A stretch of DNA of 63,447 bases, counting the filler, from Octopus bimaculoides (taxonomy: Eukaryota): NCBI RefSeq assembly GCF_001194135.2. It is 5 parts of 5 records of this genome, joined end to end, with 100 filler letters (N's around TTAATTAATTAA, not from the genome) between each part and the next. Parts side by side here need not be neighbours in the genome. Positions count along the whole stretch, not along the records: positions 21,371 to 36,376 come from NC_068997.1; positions 36,477 to 44,364 come from NC_069003.1; positions 44,465 to 54,979 come from NC_068983.1; 2 more parts are not named here. One strand, given 5' to 3'. The translations under genes and the position numbers were made by a program. The notes under the pieces were generated by a model that saw only the letters and a program-made list of their open reading frames with translations, searched no databases and was not told where the DNA came from. This document shows positions 36,308 to 49,049 of the stretch, piece after piece (positions within the stretch are counted from its first letter, which is position 1; each line of letters opens with the position of its first letter).

Positions 36308-36350
36308 GGACGCCGACGAAGGGAAATAACCCTGAAATCCGGATACGTTC
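36308..36350 (+). ncRNA. Hammerhead-like motif, U4C core variant
   Basis: GGACG CCGACGA AGGG-AAAUAA-CCCU GAAA UCCGGA UA|CGUUC; helix I 5 bp (one GU), helix II 4 bp, perfect palindrome AUCCGGAU in helix III. Confidence 0.6.
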
Positions 36351-36518
36351 GTGCTGCAGATCGAGGTGAGAGGGATNNNNNNNNNNNNNNNNNNNNNNNN
36401 NNNNNNNNNNNNNNNNNNNNTTAATTAATTAANNNNNNNNNNNNNNNNNNNNNNNNNNNNNNNNNNNNNNNNNNNNTATATATATATACATATAGGCAAA
36501 CGTACAAACACACAAAGG

Positions 36519-36549
<31 letters not shown>

Positions 36550-38956
36550 GTACATATGCGAGGTGAGTGTTTTTCAGCAGTAGCTCTTATCAAGTTTTAT
36601 GCGAATTCTATGGCGATGTTCCGTTCCATATTCGACGGTGACAGTTATATTTTCCATTGTTCGGAGATATTAATGGTCCACAGGTCATCAGTGCAGGACC
36701 TTTTTTCAGATTCTCACAATATATGTAACTGTATTTCTATTCGTATCCGTCGCAATTCTGTTTGTGTGTGTGTGCGTGTGTGCGTGTGCGTGTGTGTGTG
36801 GTTTCTGTGTTTGTATGTATACGAACAAGTGCATATGTGTTGTTTTGTGCCCATGTGTCCGAGTACAGGGCATTTATATGCATTACACAAACTAGTACAC
36901 ACACACCTATACACGCATATCTACATGCATATATGTGTAGATATATAAATATATATGTATATGTATATATGTATACATATGTATATGTGTATATATATAA
37001 ATATATATGTATATGTATATANNNNNNNNNNNNNNNNNNNNNNNNNNNNNNNNNNNNNNNNNNNNNNNNNNNNNNNNNNNNNNNNNNNNNNNNNNNNNNN
37101 NNNNNNNNNNNNNNNNNNNNNNNNNNNNNNNNNNNNNNNNNNNNNNNNNNNNNNNNNNNNNNNNNNNNNNNNNNNNNNNNNNNNNNNNNNNNNNNNNNNN
37201 NNNNNNNNNNNNNNNNNNNNNNNNNNNNNNNNNNNNNNNNNNNNNNNNNNNNNNNNNNNNNNNNNNNNNNNNNNNNNNNNNNNNNNNNNNNNNNNNNNNN
37301 NNNNNNNNNNNNNNNNNNNNNNNNNNNNNNNNNNNNNNNNNNNNNNNNNNNNNNNNNNNNNNNNNNNNNNNNNNNNNNNNNNNNNNNNNNNNNNNNNNNN
37401 NNNNNNNNNNNNNNNNNNNNNNNNNNNNNNNNNNNNNNNNNNNNNNNNNNNNNNNNNNNNNNNNNNNNNNNNNNNNNNNNNNNNNNNNNNNNNNNNNNNN
37501 NNNNNNNNNNNNNNNNNNNNNNNNNNNNNNNNNNNNNNNNNNNNNNNNNNNNNNNNNNNNNNNNNNNNNNNNNNNNNNNNNNNNNNNNNNNNNNNNNNNN
37601 NNNNNNNNNNNNNNNNNNNNNNNNNNNNNNNNNNNNNNNNNNNNNNNNNNNNNNNNNNNNNNNNNNNNNNNNNNNNNNNNNNNNNNNNNNNNNNNNNNNN
37701 NNNNNNNNNNNNNNNNNNNNNNNNNNNNNNNNNNNNNNNNNNNNNNNNNNNNNNNNNNNNNNNNNTATATATATATATACATACATACATGACACTCACA
37801 CATACACAGACACACACATATACACACGTACACACATACATACACAGGTACACACATACACACACGAATATGTCGATATATTTACAAAATATTACGATTG
37901 CCAGAAACGATCTCCATTGATATTGGCACGAAATGGGTGATTTGTCGATGGCCATTTTGATTCCTTTGATGCTATGCGAATATCTGTAAATATCAACCGG
38001 AGATATAAATACATTCTGTCACCTCACGTAGACACTCAGTGACCCCTGGAAGGGCAAGTGAATTGTATTTTTAGAAACGATTTTCCAAAAATATTTATTT
38101 CCCATCGAGATGCATTTGCTATCAATTGCTGTAATTCTCGTCATTGTTGTTTTCGTTATTATTATTTAGTCCCAAGTTAGTCAAGTTCGAGCAGACCTCG
38201 GATCAAAAGCCCGCTCCTCTTCTATAACATATTTATTAAGGAACTTTTCACCTTTGGTGTCTTAATGTTGCCATCCAGTCTTTTGTTAGAGTATACACAA
38301 TTAAATTATCTATTATATACTGTCTAAATATAAGAGAGCAGGAGGTGTGAAATAGTGATATTTTGGCTGTTATATCTTGTTAGTTAACTGATTTTGAGTA
38401 GTGTTGTGGTAGTATTGTGTTGTATTTGTTGTTGTTTAACTCCACGTAAGTCAGGATCTCTGTTTTGATATGACTCTAAACTGCACCCAGCTGTGATGCT
38501 TGGACCTCCAGGGTTTTCGGGACCTCCAGGGTTTTCAAAAGTGTGGAATCACCTCTTAATCACTATTGCACTTAGGTCAAGTTTGACTCGGAGTAATATC
38601 ATCTGTCAGGGTCCCAGGTATCAGATACACACATAAATACATACATAAACACACACACATACGCAAAAACACATATCCTGGTTAACTTGTTTAAGAGAAA
38701 TGCCTTGGAATGCACTCGTGAAAGCTCTTGTTTCTTATTGGCTACCGCCTTTTATTGCCATCTTGCAGAGTAATCTTATGTGATGGATAGATATGTGAAC
38801 AGATTAGGGTAAATATAGTAGTAATGACAATTTTGGGGATGCAAATTTTTATATTTTATTAATTTATTGCTACATACGTTTCTGCATAATACATGTTCGT
38901 GTGTGACTTTATTCTCATATCCACAGGGTATTATTAAATATTATTTATATGTATGG

Positions 38957-39000
38957 ATGTCAAGCCTGCCTTCTTTCGTGTGCTTACTTCATCAGGCATT
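38957..39000 (-). ncRNA. Weak hammerhead-like motif
   Basis: Minus strand: AUGC CUGAUGA A GU-AAGCAC-AC GAAA G-AAGGCAGG-CU U|GACAU; core intact, helices II/III only 2 bp, bulged helix I. Confidence 0.35.
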
Positions 39001-39129
39001 ATACATTAATTTCTCGCTGTATCGATGTTTAACTTAATGATGTTTACCACTAAACTCCAACCAGAAGGCTCCGCCCAAAATTCTAAAGAGTCGGCTGCTT
39101 TTTCTGTCACGTCTGGTGGTTTTGCAGTC

Positions 39130-39340
39130 TTCTCCTCATCGTCGTACTCCTCCTCCTCCTCCTCCTTCCTATTTTCTTCTTCTCCTCCCCTCTTCCCCTC
39201 TTTTTGTTCTCCTCCTCTTCTTTCTCTTTCCTCTTCCACTTCTGCTAGGTTTGTTTTCATCATCATAATCATCATCATCTTCATTTCATTCACAAAATGC
39301 CTTTATTAATGGCTGCTTTTATTTTCTTCTTCTTCTTCTT

Positions 39341-39416
<76 letters not shown>

Positions 39417-39695
39417 TCACATCTTCTCCCCCTTTTTCTTCTCGTCCTCCTCCTTTTATTCCTCCTTCTTTTTTTGTCTTTCACTTCTGTTAGCATTGTC
39501 TTCATCATAATCATCATCATCATCTTCTTCTTCTTCTTCTTCTTCTTCTTCTTCTTCTTCTTCTTCTTCTTCTTCTTTTTCTTTTTCTTCTTCTTCNNNN
39601 NNNNNNTTCTTCTTCTTCTTTTTCTTTTTCTTCTTCTTCTTCTTCTTCTTCTTCTTCTTCTTCTTCTTCTTCTTCTTCTTCTTCTTCTTCTTCTC
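39130..39695. repeat. Compound (TCC)/(TCT)/(TAT)/(TCA) microsatellite
   Basis: Directly visible. Confidence 0.95.
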
Positions 39696-40201
39696 TATCA
39701 TTCTGTATATGTTTCGGTTTATATATTTTGTTTTCTTCTAGACAAATTCCAAATGATATCCTAGAACTCTGAAACTCAAAAAATTCCTGGCGACTATCAT
39801 GCTTCACCTTCATACAAGATATTCATCACCGAGAGAGGAACCTCTCTCTACATGATCGATGAATAGTCCTTCTAGAAATAGCACCGAAATTACCTTTAAA
39901 TCACAGCTGTTTATTGGCTTAAAAAAAAGCACACAACATATTTAATAATTCATCTTCAATACACTGTATGTAAAGAAAAGAGTCGACTATAAGCGGATCG
40001 ATATTAATCCTAAATATACTGGATCTAGACGGTGATTGCTACGTGGTCCTCTGATCCGTTAGAAATAACAACTAAATCTCAGAAGCAGAGTTTTAATTCA
40101 CTAGACGTAAATTGGTATTCTCTCCCTCTTTGGCTTGTAGATCTTTTGCGCTACCGATATTCAATTAGGCGATATATCTACTGCATATAGATGAAGCGTT
40201 A

Positions 40202-40274
<73 letters not shown>

Positions 40275-40589
40275 AAAGATTGCATGTCAATAAATTTGTG
40301 GGCTTTATGTAGCTAGGTCCGTACGTCTACGCATGCGTGTCTTCTGAGAAAGAAAAGTAAAGAGAGAGACTGAGAGAAACATATTCAGGTATATTGCCAA
40401 CAGAGAGAAAGAAAGAGAGAAATAGAGAGAGAGTAAGAAGGAGAAATAGATAGGGAGATATTGAGAGTGAGAATTACGATAGATCATTACAGTTGCGAAA
40501 GATCATAATCTTCGGTTCACAAATCAACAGCGATCAGATGTGCTAATGCAGAGAATACATACATTCATAGATACATGCATATATGTATA

Positions 40590-41600
<1,011 letters not shown>

Positions 41601-41767
41601 AGACGGCAATTGGACAGATCCAAAGCGAGGGACGTAAGAAGGTATATAGTTTGTTTGATAGACAAGCGGACAGCTAAACAAATTGAAAATTATGTAAATG
41701 TATATATATAAGGGAAGATATATAGATCCATAGATAGATGCGCACGTAAAGCAAACGCGTTTGTGTG

Positions 41768-41814
<47 letters not shown>

Positions 41815-42091
41815 ACAGATACTTAGAGATATAAATTCTATTTGGGTTATATATATATTGATGTAATGTGTCCATTTTTTCTATGCGCGTATATATATTT
41901 ATATGTACATTATTATATATGTATATATATACATATCCTTGTATGTATATATACAAACATATATATATTTATATATATACTTGTATATATACACACACTC
42001 ACGCACATACAGACGCACACATGTACACACTTGCATACACACATACGCACACTCACACGAACGCACGCGCGCATATACATACATATTTATA

Positions 42092-42132
<41 letters not shown>

Positions 42133-42207
42133 ACAACAGTAAGAGAATTGAGAAGTTGTAAACTGAACTTTTATCAAAAGCGATATAATAATCGTAATAA
42201 TAATAAT

Positions 42208-42262
<55 letters not shown>

Positions 42263-42519
42263 GTAATAATGATAATAATAATAATATGAAACATAGAAGA
42301 CATTGGATGTAATATCGAAGTGCATTCACTTAGGTCTCTTTGATCACTCAGTTATGTCTGCAATGACTGTTTATCACTCCTGCAAGTAAAAATCTCCTCT
42401 TTACTCTGGCTGCCATTTTCACAAGACGACAATGACGGATTAGAAAATTGGCTTCACTTTCACTTAACATTCCGCCATTGTTGGATATCGCTTCTGTCTA
42501 GCAGTGACACATTGTTGTT

Positions 42520-43335
42520 TTTCTATGATGATGTATAGAGGTGTGGGCAGGCGTTGGGGCGTGTGAGTGTATACGTGTGGAGTTATATACGTTGGGGCAT
42601 CAGTGTGTACGTCTGTGGATATGTACGTATGGGTGATTTGGAGCTAGTATGTGTGTGTGTTTATGTATCTCTGGGTGAATGTGTGTATGTGTGAATTTGA
42701 ATGCATACGTGTGCGTTGGTGTGCATGCAGATGTATATGTGCGTATGTAGATTTGTCAGTATGTGAGTATGAGTGTGTGTGTATTTGTGGACGAGTATGA
42801 GTGTTGTGTGTGAATATATATAAATGTGTGTGTTTGTGTATGAGTGGGGGTGAGTGGATTCGTGTGTGCATGTGTATGAGATTGTGTATGTGTTAGTCAG
42901 TGCATATGTATATGTGTATGTGTGTGTTAATGTTTGTATGGATGTAAGGGGTGAGTGGGTGTGGATTTACATGGCAATGAGTGTCTGAGGTGTTTGTGAG
43001 TATAGATTTGTGTGTGTAAGTTTGTGAGTCTGTGAGTGTATGCGGATGAGTGCGTGTATGGTTTAGTGTGCGTGTGTGTTTCTATGTGCGTGAATATATG
43101 TGTATGGATCTGAGCGCGTGTATAGATTTGTGTGTTTGTATTGTTTGGACGTATGGGTGAATGTGTATGGGAAGGTATGTATGTACATATATGTATAAGT
43201 GTGTATTTACATGTGTGTATAGAAATGAGCATGTGTATGCGTGCGCGTGTATATGAGCTTGCATGTATGTATGTGTGTGCAAGCGTGCGTGTGTGTGGTG
43301 GTGGTGGTGGTGGTGGTGGTGGTGGTGGTGGTGTG
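42520..43335. repeat. Long decayed (GT)/(GTAT) low-complexity tract ending in (GGT)n
   Basis: Directly visible. Confidence 0.9.
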
Positions 43336-43994
43336 ATGATGTTACTGGTGTTTGTATCGGGGGTAGGGGTAGTAGTGTTTGTGGTATTGTCTATGTTGAT
43401 GATGGTTGAAATAATGAAGTAGAAATTGAAGCTGAAGTAGTGAGGAGTGCAGCGCTGATTGATTATTGATTTTGCGAGAGGAAGGCGGCCATATATCTAA
43501 TTAAAAACAAACATAGAAAACAATAAGTAAACAAACATAAATAAGCCCAAAATACTTACATAACATCATTATCATTATCATCATCATCATATTTTGATCA
43601 TCATCAGTTGCAGTATCATTATCACAATCACTATAAAAACAAAACAAACAACACAATTATCGCCAACATCGTGAACAGCACCACCATCATAGAGCCGATG
43701 AGCTAGATATCCTCTGAGAAATGTCTTGATCTGCTACAAATAGCTGTTATATACCATAAAATCATGCTCTGCCACCTAAGAAAATAATACGTTGTAAAAT
43801 GTGGTCCTGAACTTCCTGCAACTCGGGGAAAACGGGATTGTCACGGCTGGAAAGCTGGTGTTGTGCTTGATTAGTGTTCATTTGGGGTTAGAGAAAAGCT
43901 ACTACATCAACACCATCAGCAATTAGGGCGCAAATGAAGAAGCTTTTGTGCGTTCACTTATCTGCTAGAAATCGATCAAAATTCTCCTTTGCAA

Positions 43995-44134
43995 TTTCAG
44001 CTTCCCAATCACTTGGTCTTGGGTTCATTCCCACCACGCGGCACATTGGACGAGTGTCTTTTACCCTAGCCTCGGGCTGACTAAAACATTGTGATTGGAT
44101 TTTGTAGAGGGAAACTGAAAGAAGACCGTCGTGC

Positions 44135-44180
<46 letters not shown>

Positions 44181-44360
44181 CCACTTTACGACTGGTTTTG
44201 GCATGTTTAGTCCCCGAGTCTTAAAAGTGATCGACAGAATATGTACCAGGCTTTAAAAAAAGTAAGTCCCGGGGTATTTTATTCGACTAAAAACTCTTCA
44301 AGACGGTACCCCAGCATGGCTGCAGTCTAATGACTGAAGCATGTAAGAGGAAAAAGAATA
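43995..44360 (+). mobile_element. Family D SINE (tRNA head, CORE, internal (TG)n)
   Basis: Homologous to 25790-26160. Confidence 0.75.
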
Positions 44361-44579
44361 TATCNNNNNNNNNNNNNNNNNNNNNNNNNNNNNNNNNNNN
44401 NNNNNNNNTTAATTAATTAANNNNNNNNNNNNNNNNNNNNNNNNNNNNNNNNNNNNNNNNNNNNTATATATATATATATATATGGTCTATATGCATATAT
44501 TTATATGTATCCATCAATTTACCTATCTCTCTATGTATTTATCTGTTTCTCTCTCCATTTATACATACCCACACATATA

Positions 44580-45777
44580 CTAGAAATCGCACCCATCCTT
44601 TGGATGGTCTACGTTGCTCCGGTGGTATTTTTTCCAGCAAATATTTGAACTACCGAGAAAGGTTATGATTAGCTCGCCAATCTATGTTTCCGAATAAACT
44701 AGACACAGAAAATCATATTGAAGCATGTTTTTTGCGGAGGTTGTTGCATTTTAACGTTCATGGAAAATATTAGTTTGCCATCGATCCAAAGTAGAGTTAC
44801 AGAGACTGCCGTGTTAAGCATAAAACTTCTTGATAGTTCAATTATTTGTTGACAAAATACCACCAGAGCAACTTCAAGTGTCGAAAGGACGGCAGTAGTT
44901 TACGGATAAAGACAATAAAATATAGTTGTTTTACATGAAAGCCAACTTTCTTGTCAGTAACAGCCACATAAATTGTGTAAGGAAATTGAAGGAAGACGTT
45001 GAAACTTCCCCTTTGCGAGTTCATTTCATTCAGTTGCAAATGGAATTGTTTTTTCGGAGAGAAGTGTGACTGGTACGTTGAAAAATAACAATATAATACC
45101 TTCCTTGAAAAGTAGAATCAAAGGAATGTATTTGCTACGTGTTTACAGTGTACAACCACTCCGATATTGACTTCAGGTAACGAAAAATGAATACATGGGT
45201 AGTTTGATTTCGCTTCACGAATACTTCTTTGAATTTTTAGCAGTTCGCAGTGAAAAGATGTCGCGTTTTATAGCAGACACATATTAAATAAATAAAATGT
45301 GTGAAAACAACTAAAAATGTAATGCGACCATATAGATTAAAAAGTATGGAAAACAGTCGAAAGAAATAAATAGATAAAATCCTTTCACTTTCATAATATC
45401 CTCTAACCAAAGACGCTCGAACACAAAATATACATACTAAAAAGAATATAGAAAGTAATAAGACATAATTACAGCATATAAATACATAATAAATCAGAGA
45501 ATTGTGAAAAACCACTAAAAACTATTTTTTCATGCCAATATACAGCCCTACATATAAAAAAGCTACGCACATACAGCGAATTAGTGAAAAGCCTGTGTAA
45601 GCAACATATTTCCCCGATTTGTCCATTTATGCTGTAACTCTGGGCAAAATGTTATAATGCATGACCATCCTTCGGACTTAAGTAATGCGTGCTAAAAATT
45701 TTATGAAATTCGGTTGAGGATTGTGAAAATGTATGCGATGTCAATATACAGACACATACTGTGATTTATATATAATA
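44580..45777 (-). mobile_element. Non-autonomous Helitron (copy 1)
   Basis: Minus-strand 3' end: hairpin CCATCC-AAA-GGATGG (44593-44607), short spacer, CTAG, then target T; 5' end TATTATATATAAATCAC at 45777. Confidence 0.8.
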
Positions 45778-48700
45778 TTAGCAAACGCCTCCGTTCTTTC
45801 GAATTTTAAGTTGCTCTGGTAGTATATTCTTCATCAACTAATTGAACTATCAAGACGTTTTATGATTAATACGGCAATCTATGTTTCCGATTTACCTAGG
45901 AACGGAAAATCAAACTGAAAGGCGGTTATTGTGTAGGTGGTTGCACTTTAATATTCATAGAACATATAAGTTTGTAAGCGATGCAAAGTTGGGCTACTGA
46001 AGTATGTTGGGAGTAGATTACGGATAATGTCTTACAAAATATAGTTGTTTCACATGAAAGCCAAATTTCTTGTCAGACACAGCCACATAGATGGTGTAAG
46101 AAAATTCAAGGAAGACGTTGAAAATTCCCCTTCGCGAGTTTATTTTTTTCAACACCAAAGGGAGCTATTTTTTCAGATGGAACTATGACTGGTATGCTCA
46201 AAAACTGAATACAATACCAACTTGAAAATGTAGAGTCAAAGGAATGTTGAGGTCTACTGCTTTGAATCGTTAGCAGTTCGCAGTGAAAAGATGTCGTGTT
46301 GAAAGGCAAGGCAGATAGATAATTGTAAACTTGTAATAGCAGTAAAGGTGAGCAGGATACACGTATATAGGTATTCACAATAAGCACCATGGGTCTTATC
46401 GTGAGCAGAGCGTATGGTATATAGCGACAGCCATTAGCTTGCAATCATAGAAGATTTAAAAAGATCATGTCCATCGGTAACGCACAACAGAAACTGGAGA
46501 ATGAATGTATTGTATTCGAGATTTTAGTCATTCAGACCAAAGTCAGAATGTTGCTCAGTCCACACTACGAGGATGTAAACACTTGTGGACAATCCCACGC
46601 CATCCAACGCTGTCCGACGTCGGTGTTCGAAATAGCGGCTGTGGAATTGAGATGAAAAACATGTTGATGTATTTGTGAACGAGGCAACCATGTAGTCGAC
46701 GGTTCGGTATCATCGAGACGGCAAAGCAGAACTGCATTCTCTGCGCTCTCCAATAGGCGTTTAGTCACTCCTTATAATAATTTTGAAGTTGGACCCGTCT
46801 GTATGTCGGCAGTGTATAGCAGTTTAGAAGTCCGTCACATCGGTTGATGGTGTGAAACATTTTTTGAAGTTCATTCCAGGTGCCACCTGAGCTCTTTGAA
46901 CCGATTGCTCAGTGGTATCTCGTGTGAAGTAAATTTGAAAGAATCGGTGTTCAGCCTTGTTGACAGGAAGAATAGAACCTATCCGATGTTAGGTTTGACC
47001 ATGAATTCTGAACGTTGGCATATAGGAGTCTTCATGAATTGGTTTGTGACCGGAACTTGTCATGTGGAAGGCAGAGTTATAAGCGCGAATTTCCGGCACA
47101 GGTTTCTGCGAATCAGGGAGTTGACCAAGGAGTAAAGAGAGATAAGGCTGAGAAGTGTTTTGCAGGTTAGGCAAGCGAAATTTTCTGTTTGAGCAGCATA
47201 GGCGACTGGATTCTCCAACCCACTTGAGGGCCTTGCAAAATGGACATATTATAGACTTATCCCCTGTAACAGTCTGTCGATGAGTGTTGTAATCCTTGGC
47301 AAGATCACTGCCGAGCGCATTTCATGTCCATCGAATACTCGATGGCTTCCAATAGCCACGGTAAGAGCCTTCCGGTGAGCATTAATCTGTAATCTCATCA
47401 TCCTATGGTTATCGTCATCTGCCAACCCCGCGGCAGAAGTAGACGTAGCGTTGCGTACCCGATGGATAGCACTCATATCTGGGCTTTCTTCGACCCTCGT
47501 GGCGGAAGTGGATGCAGCGTTGCGTTCCTGACGGATAGCACGCTTTTGTGGTGTTTCTGCGGCCTTTGCGTCAGCAGCATGCACTCGATAGGTTTCACAT
47601 TGCTCTGGTGTGGTAGCAGCAGTAGCAGTGGTAGCTGTCTTCATCAGTCTACAAGACCTCCGGTCCTCAGTTTCGTCATCCTGCCTACACTGCTACCTTG
47701 AGGCTGCAGAATACATTCTACCAATGCATGCTCTGTTTTTGGGTAGCAAGTTTGTACTATGTGGAAAAGGAAAATGGCTTTTTGTGTACGAAGTGATTAT
47801 CGATTCTATTAGAAGCTATCAAAAGCCCCTGTATTCTGTCTTCCCACATAGCCTGAGTATAATGTAAAAGCGAATGCTACATAAAGCGAAATTGGTATGG
47901 AGCTTTCTTAAATATATGTATAGCTTTCGCTAGTGGAAGAAAAACTCTAATTTAAATGTTAATTCTTTGGGACGAATCATATGGGATTTTTAAAACAAGG
48001 CTAGCACGAAAATGTTAAGACGTATTTCAAACAATGGATAAACGCCGAAATATCATAATGGATGTGTAAATAAACATCCTCAAATTGAAACAACGCATTG
48101 GTAGGTAAACAAAGGCATTAACAAGTAGAAGAAAGGAAAGGGAACATCACCTTTGAAGTAGCTCAGTATAGGTAAAGGTAAGCTTGGCAAAGTTTAATAC
48201 AGCTTAAAAATGGAGATTAATATGTTTGCTATTGGATATTCATTGCGTTCAATGTTCGTAGTCACTGTTGCAAGTGGATAGTTGAAATAATTAATTAAAC
48301 AAAATCCTTTCACTTTTATTATATTCTCTAACTAATAAAAAATATAGTAAGTAATAATACACAATTACAAGTTATAAATAACAATAAATCAAAATAATAT
48401 GATAACCACTAAAAAAATATTCTCTAATGCACATATATGACCATATAGATTTAAATCCATAGCAAACACTACCTACAAAAATCTCTGTACATACAACGAA
48501 TTTTGGTAAATCTATAAAATTAACAAAAACATTTATGTACATGAAAGAAAATTACCAGAGTCATAACAAGTGTTCTATTAAAAATAATAGCTAAATAAAA
48601 TTTTTGGGATAAAACTTTTTAATTAGCATAAAGATTTATTTACATGAAAAGAATGTGACACCTTCAAAATACTCTTTCCAGACTGGGTCATCGCGGAGGT

Positions 48701-48967
48701 GGACAGTCGAAATAAATATATAGACAAAATCCTTTCATTCTTATAACAAAAAAAGGAGTAAAAAAGGTATGAAAGAACATACATACAAATAAAAACGTAT
48801 GTCCATTTACGTCCATTTACGCGGGGGCTCTGAGCCAAATGTTATAGTGCATTACCATGCTCGGAGAAGTGGTGTGTGTGTAACGTTTGTAGAAAATCAC
48901 CTGAGAAATGTGGAAATGTATGCGTTAGTCATTATACATAAACATATTGCGATTTATGTATACTATA
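45778..48967 (-). mobile_element. Helitron copy 2, internally deleted, carrying RepHel remnant
   Basis: 3' end CTAA at 45778-45781; 45790-46300 and 48290-48967 homologous to copy 1; RepHel remnant between. Confidence 0.8.
46330..47650 (-). pseudogene. Helitron RepHel N-terminal region (pseudogene)
   Basis: E-x-R repeats (ETPQKRAIRQERNAA), CPFCKALKWVGESSRLCCSNRKFRLP, IRAYNSAFHMTSSG...MPTFRIHGQ, IGSILP...FFQIYF, KIIIRSD.TPIGE; no HUH Rep or intact helicase motifs seen. Confidence 0.85.
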
Positions 48968-49017
48968 TATATACATACATGTAAACAGAGAGAGAGATAG
49001 AAAGAGAGAGAGAGAAG

Positions 49018-49049
<32 letters not shown>

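Noticed and set aside
36640-36700. CUGAUGA on the minus strand with a distant GAAA/GAAC
   Set aside because: No consistent helix II, III or I
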